From an uncultured Alphaproteobacteria bacterium (GTDB lineage Bacteria; Pseudomonadota; Alphaproteobacteria; Rs-D84; CACZYB01): a stretch of 64,000 nt of DNA. Positions 39,887 to 49,618 of the stretch are shown here, piece by piece (positions within the stretch are counted from its first letter, which is position 1; each line of letters opens with the position of its first letter). A program made the position numbers and the translations under genes. The stretch is taken from positions 3,419-67,418 of the forward strand of contig CALXYK010000004.1 of assembly GCA_944392955.1 (NCBI GenBank), read 5' to 3'. The notes beneath the pieces were generated by a model. That model was given only the letters and a program-made list of their open reading frames with translations. It searched no databases and was not told the DNA's origin.

Positions 39887-41143
39887 TTATTGATACCTTA
39901 ATGCTTCAATAGGATCTAACTTTGTTGCCTTAATCGCAGGAAATATTCCAGATGCAATTCCAACAACTATTGCAACTGAAAATGAAATCATAACCGTTAA
40001 TAACGAAATAGGCACATTCTGCTCAAATAAAACACCTGCAATCTGAGATAATGCAATTCCTAAAATCATACCTATCATACTTCCGATAAACGAAATCAAA
40101 ATAGCCTCTAATAAAAATTGAGATAATATATAAATGTTTTTAGCCCCTATTGCCTTACGAATACCTATTTCCCTAGTCCTTTCAGTAACAGAAACCAACA
40201 TCATATTCATAATACCAATACTACCAACTATCAATGAAATAGAAGCAATAGATGCTAATAAAATAGAAAGATAAGTTCCAACAGATCGCATAGTCTCCTG
40301 CACCTCTGTCATATCATCAACACGGAAATCATTATCAGCCCCAGGTTTTAGTCGTCTAGATTCACGAAGAGCATTAACAATATAATTTTTAGCTTTTTCT
40401 ATGTGTTTTTCATCATCTACCTGTGCCATAATATAATTAACACGATTAGGAATATAACTACCCCTTATCCTTCTTCTATAAGTAGTAATAGGCATAATAA
40501 TAGTTTCATCTCTATCTATTCCGCCCATGCCCTGACCTTTTGCTTTTAAAATTCCCTTTACAACAAATGGAATATTTCTAACACGAATTGTTTTTCCTAA
40601 TGCTGATTCGCCACTATGGAACAATTCCTGTTCAATAGTTTTACCTATTAATACATAAGAAGTCGCCGCCTTAACATCTCTTTCAGTCAATGGCTCTCCT
40701 CTTTCTATTTCCCAATTTCCTGTCTGTAAGTAATCAGGTGTAGAAGCCACTACCGAAGCAGTATAATTTTCATTACCATACACTACCTGATCTGCTCCAT
40801 TCACCATAGGGGAAACAGCCTTAATATATTTTAATTTTCTAATTACATCAGCATCATCAGTTTTAACAACCGTTTGTCCTCCACTTTTCACACCAGAGGT
40901 GGTAACAAACTCAGGTCGTATCATCAACAAATTACTACCCATTCCAGCTAAACTATCGTTAATCATATTCTGAACTGTTTGTCCTGCTGCAACCATAATA
41001 ACAACAGCACAAACTCCAATTATTATACCCAAAGTAGTTAAAAAAGAACGCATCTTATTAGATTTAATGGAAATCCAAGACTCTCTTAAAACAGCCTTTG
41101 ACATATGGATTTTTTGTTCGTTATCATGATTTTTTATCAACAT
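39887..41143 (-). CDS. ABC transporter permease, FtsX/MacB family
   Basis: N-terminal TM helix, large periplasmic domain and C-terminal FtsX-like 3-TM bundle. Follows an ABC ATPase gene. Confidence 0.85.
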   Translation of the reverse strand: MLIKNHDNEQKIHMSKAVLRESWISIKSNKMRSFLTTLGIIIGVCAVVIMVAAGQTVQNMINDSLAGMGSNLLMIRPEFVTTSGVKSGGQTVVKTDDADVIRKLKYIKAVSPMVNGADQVVYGNENYTASVVASTPDYLQTGNWEIERGEPLTERDVKAATSYVLIGKTIEQELFHSGESALGKTIRVRNIPFVVKGILKAKGQGMGGIDRDETIIMPITTYRRRIRGSYIPNRVNYIMAQVDDEKHIEKAKNYIVNALRESRRLKPGADNDFRVDDMTEVQETMRSVGTYLSILLASIASISLIVGSIGIMNMMLVSVTERTREIGIRKAIGAKNIYILSQFLLEAILISFIGSMIGMILGIALSQIAGVLFEQNVPISLLTVMISFSVAIVVGIASGIFPAIKATKLDPIEALRYQ

Positions 41144-41145
41144 AA

Positions 41146-41853
41146 TTATTTTTTCCCCTTAAATTCAGAAACAGGTCCATCATAATGCACAACCCCATCA
41201 ATTATATAAATCAAACGTTTTGCATACTCCGCAATATCAGGTTCATGAGTAACTAATACAATAGTTTTTCCCTCTGCATTTAATTCTTGAAACAATTTCA
41301 TAATTTCAATAGAAGTCTTCGTATCCAGATTTCCAGTTGGCTCGTCTGCTAAAATAATTTTAGGATGATTAACCAAAGCCCTTGCAATAGCAACTCTTTG
41401 TTGCATACCACCTGAAATTTGATTTGGAAAACGTTCAATAAAATTACCTAACCCAACATGTTCCAACATAACTTTCGCTCTTTCATGTTGGGCCTCCAAT
41501 CCATACCCAGCATAAATCAGTGGTATAGAAACATTATCCAATAATGATCTTTTCATCAAAAGGTTAAAGCCCTGGAAAACGAACCCTATTTTTGAACTTC
41601 TTATATTTGCTAACTCATCATCATTCATACCGGAAACAACTTCTCCACCAATTTTATAAACACCCGAAGTTGGAGTATCCAAACAACCCAATGTATTCAT
41701 TAAGGTAGATTTTCCACTACCACTTGGTCCCATAATCGCAACAAACTCACCTTCGTTAATAGAAAAATTTATATCTTTTAAAACAGAGTATGGCTCCCCT
41801 ACAACCATAGGATAACTTTTATATAAGTGCTCTACTTCTATTACTTTTGCCAT
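41146..41853 (-). CDS. ABC transporter ATP-binding protein (MacB/LolD-type nucleotide-binding domain)
   Basis: Walker A GPSGSGKST, signature ISGGMQQRVAIARAL, Walker B ILADEPTGNLD. Confidence 0.9.
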   Translation of the reverse strand: MAKVIEVEHLYKSYPMVVGEPYSVLKDINFSINEGEFVAIMGPSGSGKSTLMNTLGCLDTPTSGVYKIGGEVVSGMNDDELANIRSSKIGFVFQGFNLLMKRSLLDNVSIPLIYAGYGLEAQHERAKVMLEHVGLGNFIERFPNQISGGMQQRVAIARALVNHPKIILADEPTGNLDTKTSIEIMKLFQELNAEGKTIVLVTHEPDIAEYAKRLIYIIDGVVHYDGPVSEFKGKK

Positions 41854-41864
41854 AAGATTACCAC

Positions 41865-43079
41865 CTACATCATAGGTCCCGGACCACGACGGCCACCTCT
41901 GTTATTTCCACCCAAAGAAGTATTAGTCTTAGGCTCTACATTTCCCTCATACATAAAATCGGAAATTATAGTATCTCCTTCTTTTAATTCATCCGAGGAT
42001 ATTTCTGTAAACACACCATTAGTTATACCCTTTTTAATTTTAAAAGCCTTTATGGTTTTAGTATCTGGATCAAACACATAAATAAATGTTTCATCAACAG
42101 CCAATTTTTTATTTTCAGGATAAATTATATAACTTTGTAATGCACTATCAGGTTTAAATTGTAGGACATAGTTTTCCAAAGACATAACATCATCCTTTTT
42201 CAAAGTATCTATTTCAACAAAGGCAGTCATTCCAGGAAGAAGTTTTCCATCTTTGTTATCAATATCAATAATAACATTGTAAATAACAACATTTTGATCA
42301 GTAGTAGGATTAAGTCTTACTTGATTAACTTTTCCATGAAATGTTTCCAAAGGGAAAGCATCAACTGTAAAACTTACGTCTTGCCCTTTTCTAATATTAC
42401 CAATATCTGCTTCGGAAATACTTGCCTCTATCTGCATTTTAGTTAAATCTTCTGCAATAGTAAACAATGTAGGAGCCGAAAACGAAGATGCAATAGTTTG
42501 ACCTTCTTCAACATCTTTTGAAATAACCACACCTGAAACCGGAGATTTAATTTCCGCATACTCTATATTTCGTTTACTTCTTTCGTTATTTGCCTTCGCA
42601 GCAATATAATCTGCCTCAGCCGAAGCCAAATCTGTAACAGCCTGATCTAATTCATATTTAGCAATATATCCGGCATTAAATAATTCTTCTGTTCTATTTT
42701 TTTCCAAAGTTGCCAAATCAAACTTTGCCTTTGCCTGCATCATTTTTGCTTCGGTAGAATTTATATCTTCAATAAGTAATGCCTTGTCTATTTCCGCCAA
42801 CAATTGTCCTACTTTTACATTATCATTATAATCAACATAGATTTTATCAACAATTCCCGACACTTGCGCACCAACAGATACAACATTAACAGGATTCACT
42901 GTTCCGGTTGCACTAACCGAAGAACGAATATCTTGTCTAGATATTTTTGAAAATTCAAAGAAATCAGGACGAAGGGAAAGTGAACCATCACCACCAAAAA
43001 ACAATTTAAAAATTAAATAAACAACCAAAAGTATTATAACAAGTATAAAAAATTTTTTCTTAGTAAATAACTTCCCCAT
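41865..43079 (-). CDS. periplasmic adaptor / membrane-fusion protein (HlyD/MacA family)
   Basis: N-terminal TM anchor, coiled-coil hairpin and lipoyl/beta-barrel domains. Lies between a TolC-like gene and the ABC ATPase gene. Confidence 0.8.
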   Translation of the reverse strand: MGKLFTKKKFFILVIILLVVYLIFKLFFGGDGSLSLRPDFFEFSKISRQDIRSSVSATGTVNPVNVVSVGAQVSGIVDKIYVDYNDNVKVGQLLAEIDKALLIEDINSTEAKMMQAKAKFDLATLEKNRTEELFNAGYIAKYELDQAVTDLASAEADYIAAKANNERSKRNIEYAEIKSPVSGVVISKDVEEGQTIASSFSAPTLFTIAEDLTKMQIEASISEADIGNIRKGQDVSFTVDAFPLETFHGKVNQVRLNPTTDQNVVIYNVIIDIDNKDGKLLPGMTAFVEIDTLKKDDVMSLENYVLQFKPDSALQSYIIYPENKKLAVDETFIYVFDPDTKTIKAFKIKKGITNGVFTEISSDELKEGDTIISDFMYEGNVEPKTNTSLGGNNRGGRRGPGPMM

Positions 43080-43102
43080 TTATCCCCCTCTGTAAATTTA
43101 AA

Positions 43103-44491
43103 CTATTCTAATTCGCCAAGATTTTTTAAACTAAGTTCACCAGCAGCTTTTAACAAAGCAATCTTAGATGTATATAAACCATATTGTGCAGAAATAAGTT
43201 CCTTTCTCGCAGAAAGTAATTTAGATTGTGCTTCCATCAAACTAATAATATCACCTTTTCCTGCCTGATAAGAGCCAAGAGCCACTTTCTCATTTTCTAC
43301 TGCACTTGCGAAAAGTGTTTTTGCAATAGAAAGACTTTTCACACTGGTATTATAATCATTATATGCATTCACAACAGACAATTCTATATCTTGCTCTAAT
43401 TGTTGCAAAGCCTCTTTATCAGCAGCATACTGATACTTTGCATTTCTAAGAGAATAAGTATTCTCAAAACCTGTAAATATAGGCATACTAATTTTTACAC
43501 CAATGGAATAATTATCTTTATCCCTTTGTAAACTACTTGCCTCTGGCTCATTATCAATCCATGATTGAGAACCATAAGCGGAAATAGTAGGGAAATAATT
43601 TGCACTTGCAGAACGAACCGAAGCATAACTAGCCTTCACATCTGCAATTTTTGATTGTAAATCTGGACGTTTTGCCATAGCAATTTTTACAATATCATCA
43701 ATACTTTTTCCTATCAATTCATCAGTAGTATTTGCAAACGAAGGAACTAACTTAATTTCAATTGATGGAGGAAGACCAAGCAATTTTGCCAAATTTGCAT
43801 TAGTTGTTCTTACAACTTGCTCTTGCTTAGTTGTTTCTAATTGCCTTTGGGCATAGGTAGTCTCTGTCTGCAAGGTATCTGCCTTAGATGACATACCAAG
43901 TTCAAATTTTTTACGAGCCAATTCAAATGATTTTAAACTAGCCTCTTCATTTGCCTTAACCGCAGCCAATTCCTCAACCGCAGACAATGCATCGTAATAT
44001 GCCACTATTGCATCATATGCCACCTGTTGCAAAGTAGAATTATATTGAAATTTCAAGGAATTCATAGACTGGAATGTCTGTTCCACACTTGCTTCTCTTT
44101 TACCAAAATCATACAATAACCAACTAAGCGATAATCCTGCATCTGCTGTCTTACCATCTGTAACCAGACCTTCTGGATTTACCGTATAATCACTTGATTG
44201 TGATTTTTGATAACTAGCACTAGCAGAAATCTGAGGCAAATAAGATCCCAAAGATTTTTTATACGATGTTTCCCCTACCTTAGTATATAACCATGCCTGT
44301 CTGGTAGATGGATTATTACACATAGCCAATTCAATAACATCAGCCAAATTTAAAGGTTCTTTTGAAATATCCTTTGTAAAATTACATGAATTACTTAATT
44401 CAAAAGGATTTTCCACCAAAATATTATCATCAGCCATAACAACATTCGAAAAGACCAATGATAAAACAACAAACAACGAAATTTTTTTCAT
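43103..44491 (-). CDS. TolC-family outer-membrane efflux protein
   Basis: Signal peptide. Two tandem OEP repeats with coiled-coil heptads. 462 aa. Confidence 0.8.
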   Translation of the reverse strand: MKKISLFVVLSLVFSNVVMADDNILVENPFELSNSCNFTKDISKEPLNLADVIELAMCNNPSTRQAWLYTKVGETSYKKSLGSYLPQISASASYQKSQSSDYTVNPEGLVTDGKTADAGLSLSWLLYDFGKREASVEQTFQSMNSLKFQYNSTLQQVAYDAIVAYYDALSAVEELAAVKANEEASLKSFELARKKFELGMSSKADTLQTETTYAQRQLETTKQEQVVRTTNANLAKLLGLPPSIEIKLVPSFANTTDELIGKSIDDIVKIAMAKRPDLQSKIADVKASYASVRSASANYFPTISAYGSQSWIDNEPEASSLQRDKDNYSIGVKISMPIFTGFENTYSLRNAKYQYAADKEALQQLEQDIELSVVNAYNDYNTSVKSLSIAKTLFASAVENEKVALGSYQAGKGDIISLMEAQSKLLSARKELISAQYGLYTSKIALLKAAGELSLKNLGELE

Positions 44492-44607
44492 AACTATACT
44501 CCTTAATATAAGAAAATAGTATAACTTTAAATAAAAATAGTGTCAAATAAATTTGCAAATTAAGAAATCAATAACATTTTTTGTCTTTTATTTATCGTAA
44601 TAGACAA

Positions 44608-44642
44608 ATAAAAAACCCACCTGACCTTCCAGATGGGTTTTC
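44608..44642 (-). terminator. rho-independent terminator after the LysM gene
   Basis: On the minus strand: CCCATCTG-GAAGGT-CAGGTGGG followed by TTTTTT. Confidence 0.5.
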
Positions 44643-44658
44643 AAAGAACCAACTTTAA

Positions 44659-45888
44659 CTATTTATTATTTTTAACTTTTTCTTTCATTTCATCAAAGGC
44701 ATCACTACCTTTTTTGATAACTGAGAAAACCTGACCTACATAAATTTTATTAGGATCTTTAATTTGTGATTTATTAGCTTCAAAAATTATAACATAATCA
44801 ATACCACGACCATATTCTTTCAAAGCAATATTCCACAAACAATCACCTTTTTTAATAACCATCATCTGATTTTCATTATCAAAAAGCACAGGTGTAAATT
44901 TATATTCAACACGTTTTGCAACCTTACCACTATCAGATAACATATCAGCACGAATAACTTGTTCATCATCAGAAAGTTCAAAGGTTGTATCCACAGTCCA
45001 AAAACCATTATTATCAGCAACAGTTTTAAGAACAAGTTTATTATTCATATAAAGGTTAACTGTTGAATTTTTCTTTGCCAAACCTTCAACTTTGAAATCA
45101 CCATCATCATTATAATCTATTTTAGCAATTCTAAGTACACCTATATTTTGTCCTTTCGGAGCCTTTAAAACTTTTGCCTTTTTATTACCACCCATGATAA
45201 CAGCAACTTCGTCATTTGCTTTTTTAGAAACATGTAAAACAGCAGATTGTTTACTTTTGATTTTGTTTCCGTTTTCATCTACAACAAACAAAGAAAGTTT
45301 TCTATTACCAACAGGCAAAGCTTTCTTTGGAATAAAGACCCATTGTCCGTTTTCATCTGCTTTTTCTTTACCAATTTCTTTACCATTATCAAGTATATGA
45401 ACAACAGCACCTTTTCCAGCCTGTCCTGCAATCACCGCTTCACCTTTTTCCATTCTAACAATATCAAAGGAAGGAGCAATTACTTCTTGTTTTTCATCTT
45501 TTTTTGAAAACCACTTTGACCAGAAAGATTCTTTTTCCTCTGTTTTCACAGGAACTTTTTTCTCAACAACTTTTTTAGGTTGTTCTAAGGTTGCAACATT
45601 AGATGCATCTTTGTTAAACAAAGAAATTACCCAAACAGTTAACAACACAACGAATAAACAAACAAATCCTGCAATTGTGAATCTTTTTTGTTTTTCAGAT
45701 AATTCGATAGATTTTATTTTATTTGTTAAATTTTTGATTTTGTCATTAGCCTTTTTCAACTTTAATTTCATTGAACTTTTCTTAGGCTCTTTTTTAACAA
45801 CTTCTTGTTCATTTGAAACAGTTTTTTTATCATCTACATCAGGAACAGAAGTATTAACAGATGTTAAAATAGGTTCTTTTTTTTCCAT
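44659..45888 (-). CDS. membrane-anchored LysM-domain protein
   Basis: N-terminal TM helix. C-terminal LysM domain (DCLWNIALKEYGRGIDYVIIFEANKSQIKDPNKIYVGQVF). Confidence 0.6.
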   Translation of the reverse strand: MEKKEPILTSVNTSVPDVDDKKTVSNEQEVVKKEPKKSSMKLKLKKANDKIKNLTNKIKSIELSEKQKRFTIAGFVCLFVVLLTVWVISLFNKDASNVATLEQPKKVVEKKVPVKTEEKESFWSKWFSKKDEKQEVIAPSFDIVRMEKGEAVIAGQAGKGAVVHILDNGKEIGKEKADENGQWVFIPKKALPVGNRKLSLFVVDENGNKIKSKQSAVLHVSKKANDEVAVIMGGNKKAKVLKAPKGQNIGVLRIAKIDYNDDGDFKVEGLAKKNSTVNLYMNNKLVLKTVADNNGFWTVDTTFELSDDEQVIRADMLSDSGKVAKRVEYKFTPVLFDNENQMMVIKKGDCLWNIALKEYGRGIDYVIIFEANKSQIKDPNKIYVGQVFSVIKKGSDAFDEMKEKVKNNK

Positions 45889-46212
45889 TTTACAACTCCT
45901 ATAAATTATATTAAATTAACACAATCAAAATAGAACTTTTTTCCAAAAATGTCAAGAATATTATCTATTTTGTCAAAACCATAATATTTAATAGAAAAAA
46001 CAAGTATTTATGTCATATATTTTTGATACATTTCAAATAAAATATTAGCAAGACACCCTTAAACCAAACCACTTATTAAGAAAATGAATAAAAAACAAAA
46101 AACATATAAATATAACAATATATAAAATGACTTATTAAATTTAACTTGAAAAAAACTAATATTCTAATTATACTTTAAAAACTTTAATAAAAATTTTACA
46201 GGAGAATTTATT

Positions 46213-46779
46213 ATGAAACAACAAGCAAATCAAATAAGACCAGGTTGGGTTATTCTTGATAACGGCAAACAATATACTGTTATCGGAATACAAATCCTTC
46301 AACCAGGAAAAGGTGGTGCATTTATTCAAGTAGAAATGCGTGATGTTGAAACAGGTCTTAAAACTCAACAAAGATGGAGAACCGTTGACACTGTTGAAAA
46401 ATTAACAGCCGAAGACAAGGACTATCAATACCTTTATGCCGAAGGTAATGATTTCGTTTTCATGGATCAGGAAACCTATGAACAAATAAACATTTCAAAG
46501 GATATCCTTGGCGAAAGAGCTCCTCTTCTTCAAGATGGTATGAAAGTTATTATAAGTTTTATAGAAGGAAAGGCTATCTCCGTTCAACTTCCAAAAAATG
46601 CTATCTGTAAGATAGAAGAAACCGAACCTGTTGTAAAGGGACAAACCGCAACTGGTTCTTTCAAACCAGCTATTTTGGATAATGGTATCAGAGTTATGGT
46701 CCCACAATTCATAGATGCAGGTGATGAAATTGTTATTTCAACAGATGATTTAACTTATATTGAACGTGCAAAAAAATAA
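46213..46779 (+). CDS. efp: translation elongation factor P
   Basis: 188 aa. KOW-like N-terminal domain with the conserved QPGKGGAF loop lysine. Two OB-fold domains. Confidence 0.9.
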   Translation: MKQQANQIRPGWVILDNGKQYTVIGIQILQPGKGGAFIQVEMRDVETGLKTQQRWRTVDTVEKLTAEDKDYQYLYAEGNDFVFMDQETYEQINISKDILGERAPLLQDGMKVIISFIEGKAISVQLPKNAICKIEETEPVVKGQTATGSFKPAILDNGIRVMVPQFIDAGDEIVISTDDLTYIERAKK

Positions 46780-46805
46780 ACAATATTATATTGCAAATTA
46801 TATTA

Positions 46806-46838
46806 AAAAAACTCCTTAGCAAAAGGAGTTTTTTATTT
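46806..46838. terminator. bidirectional terminator between the convergent efp and 46840-47934 genes
   Basis: Hairpin ACTCCTT-AGCA-AAGGAGT flanked by an A-run and a T-run. Confidence 0.5.
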
Positions 46839-46839
46839 T

Positions 46840-47934
46840 TTATTCCGGAATACTAAAAGAAAGTTTTTTATCAGGATCAAGTGCATTTGCACCGAAACTT
46901 CCTATTATTTTATCATAACTATTTTCTTGTTGATTCAACTTAAAATCATAGATACCAACAACCTTGTCATACTCACTAAACACTTCATCTACACCTGAAA
47001 CATTTCCGGTATGTTCTCCTGTCTTTACTCGATATAAATCCACTTTACCACTACTTCCTGTATAATTACCATCTACCTTTACTTGCCAAGTTTTTCCAAA
47101 AATATAGCCTGGCATTTCTATTTCTATATCTTCCAAATCATCAAACAATAACTTCAAATTCCCATCTAAACTATAATCATTAACACCTTTACCTCCATTC
47201 ACTGACAAGCTCAAGGAAACATCTCCTACCAAATCCTTTGACACCTTTGCGCTTCCATTTTCATAAGAGGTTTTAACGGCCAAAGTCTTTCCTTTAAATT
47301 CAAAATTTTTGCCCATATTAGTATCAATATCATAATTTGTATTTAAAATTCCTTCATTTTTATCTGCCGAAGAATATATCATAGCATTTGCAGAACCAGG
47401 TTCTATTTGAAGTTTTCCATCCACTGATACTAACTTTGTCATCATTCCAAAATCAGCATAATCAAAATCCAAATTATCTTTAAAATCCATATTTTCTACA
47501 CCCAAAGTCAACTGATACAAATCTTCATTATCGGGAGAAGTGAACAACATTTTTATCATATCATTTGAATCTTTCTTAAACTCCGAAGAAGAAAATTTTA
47601 TCACACTATCATTTGCTTCCTTAAAAAAAGTCACAACATTTTTGTTGTTATCAAACATAAAATCTGGAATTTCAAAATTACCATCAACTTTATGACGTTT
47701 AGAAGTAGAAGAATAAACTTTTGTGTTAAGAAGTGATGATAAATCGGTAACAACATCCACATTATCAGAAGGCTTATCAGCACCATCATCATCAGTAGTA
47801 TTATTACCTGTATTATTTTTATCATTAGATTCAACTCTGAAATTCAAAGAATCCCCTGCACCCAAACTGACACAAGCATTTAACAAAGGCATAAAAGCAA
47901 TTAGAAAACAATTAAATATATTACGCATACGCAT
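46840..47934 (-). CDS. hypothetical lipoprotein/secreted protein
   Basis: Signal peptide with a possible lipobox LLNAC. Asp/Asn-rich. No motifs. Confidence 0.45.
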   Translation of the reverse strand: MRMRNIFNCFLIAFMPLLNACVSLGAGDSLNFRVESNDKNNTGNNTTDDDGADKPSDNVDVVTDLSSLLNTKVYSSTSKRHKVDGNFEIPDFMFDNNKNVVTFFKEANDSVIKFSSSEFKKDSNDMIKMLFTSPDNEDLYQLTLGVENMDFKDNLDFDYADFGMMTKLVSVDGKLQIEPGSANAMIYSSADKNEGILNTNYDIDTNMGKNFEFKGKTLAVKTSYENGSAKVSKDLVGDVSLSLSVNGGKGVNDYSLDGNLKLLFDDLEDIEIEMPGYIFGKTWQVKVDGNYTGSSGKVDLYRVKTGEHTGNVSGVDEVFSEYDKVVGIYDFKLNQQENSYDKIIGSFGANALDPDKKLSFSIPE

Positions 47935-48112
47935 TATGACCCCACCCCTCTCTTTCTATTATTTTATACTAAATATAGGAATAAAATCTTAAATGTAAAT
48001 AAAAAAATTATAAATATGTTTTAAATCATATATAAACGATATAAAACTGCTAAAAATTACAATAGAGAAAATAATATACCAAAACGGAATAGAAAAATAA
48101 AAAAATAAAAAA

Positions 48113-48189
48113 TGGTGACCCCGGGCAGATTCGAACCGCCGACCTACAGCTTAGGAGGCTGTCGCTCTATCCAGCTGAGCTACGAGGTC
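48113..48189 (-). tRNA. tRNA-Arg (anticodon CCU)
   Basis: Manual cloverleaf. Acceptor stem GACCTCG/CGGGGTC. D-arm GCTCAGCTGGATAGAGC. Anticodon stem ACAGC/GCTGT with loop CTCCTAA. T-arm GGCGG-TTCGAAT-CTGCC. 3' CCA encoded. Confidence 0.85.
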
Positions 48190-48239
48190 CTTCCTAAGTA
48201 TATATTCTATTAAACTTTAAGATTTTGCAATAAAAATTT

Positions 48240-49610
48240 TTAAGAATATATATTCTGCCTTGAATTCAAAAGCAACATAGTAATTAAATCTATATGAACT
48301 CCACTATATGGAATATCAAAAATATTTTTCAATACATCATAACAAGATTGATTCCCATAAAATTCATTTAATTTACCATTAGAAGCCCCTGCATCCTTAA
48401 TAAATGCAGTATGATTTTGTAAATTTTTAATTTTTAAAGCAGAAATATTTGCCCCTGTGATATTAGTTCCCAAATCAGGAACTACCGCATTTTCGAAACT
48501 AACTTCCTCTGCATTTAAATATTTCATAGAGGAAGGAAGCACACCTAAAAATTCCAATTTTCCAGATGAATTAACAAAATCAAACGAAGTCAATGATAAA
48601 TCAACATCTGTTAGAAAAGATACATCTTTCAAAGTTGCAAAATCAAATTTCATATCTGGACTAAGTGTTGTATCATCTCCGACAACATTTACAGAATACA
48701 AATTAGGTTTTGCACCTCTAAGCACCATATCTTGAATCAACTTCAAAGAAACATTATCTTTCTCATTTTCAAAAGAAGCATAATACGCCTCACTATCAAA
48801 AGATATATTTCCAGCCTCAGCCTCCTTTTCAAACAATGGGAAAATAGGTTTTAAATTACCACTAAGTTTTACAATATCTATTTCAGAGTTAACAAACAAA
48901 GGAGAAGATAAAACCTTCAACAATTTATCAGCATCAGAAACGACTTTTCCTCTTAAAAAAGGATCTTCCACACCAATAAGATTAACCGAAGTAGTAGATT
49001 GTGTAATTATTGCATCATCAGGAACAGACAATCTATTTTCAACAATCCTTGAATAAAATTTTTCTAAATCAAAAATTTCTCCAACACTTGCATCACCACA
49101 TGAAAATTTAACAGGTGTTTTTTCTCCATAAGGGTTAACATCAGAAATATTTACCACATTAAAATTTTTATAAATTTGATTAAGTACTGACGGAGTTATT
49201 TCCTGTCCTGCACCATCTTGCGCAACATAATTAAAATAAATTGATAAATTTTTGGTATCATATTGTTTTGTATTATACAAAGAAGATTCCAACAACATCT
49301 TTACATCAGAATATTCAGCATATCCGGAAAATCCTTTTATTTCTGACCTATTTGTAATTTCTTTTGAAAAAGAATATTTTTCCTCAGAAGTTGTAGGATC
49401 AACAACTTTTTCAATTGCTTTATTTTTAAAATCATACCAATCAGCAATACCATCATTTAACACAACATCATTTGTATTAACAGAAGTTTGTGTATTATCA
49501 GTAGCCTGATTACACCCTAACAACACAACAGACATAGGAACGAAAAGTCCCGCACAACCAATAAATACAGACAATAATTTTGATAAATTTTTTCTTTTAT
49601 TTGTATTCAT
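48240..49610 (-). CDS. hypothetical lipoprotein
   Basis: Signal peptide with lipobox LLGCNQ. 456 aa. No catalytic motifs. Confidence 0.45.
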   Translation of the reverse strand: MNTNKRKNLSKLLSVFIGCAGLFVPMSVVLLGCNQATDNTQTSVNTNDVVLNDGIADWYDFKNKAIEKVVDPTTSEEKYSFSKEITNRSEIKGFSGYAEYSDVKMLLESSLYNTKQYDTKNLSIYFNYVAQDGAGQEITPSVLNQIYKNFNVVNISDVNPYGEKTPVKFSCGDASVGEIFDLEKFYSRIVENRLSVPDDAIITQSTTSVNLIGVEDPFLRGKVVSDADKLLKVLSSPLFVNSEIDIVKLSGNLKPIFPLFEKEAEAGNISFDSEAYYASFENEKDNVSLKLIQDMVLRGAKPNLYSVNVVGDDTTLSPDMKFDFATLKDVSFLTDVDLSLTSFDFVNSSGKLEFLGVLPSSMKYLNAEEVSFENAVVPDLGTNITGANISALKIKNLQNHTAFIKDAGASNGKLNEFYGNQSCYDVLKNIFDIPYSGVHIDLITMLLLNSRQNIYS

Positions 49611-49618
49611 GATATCAC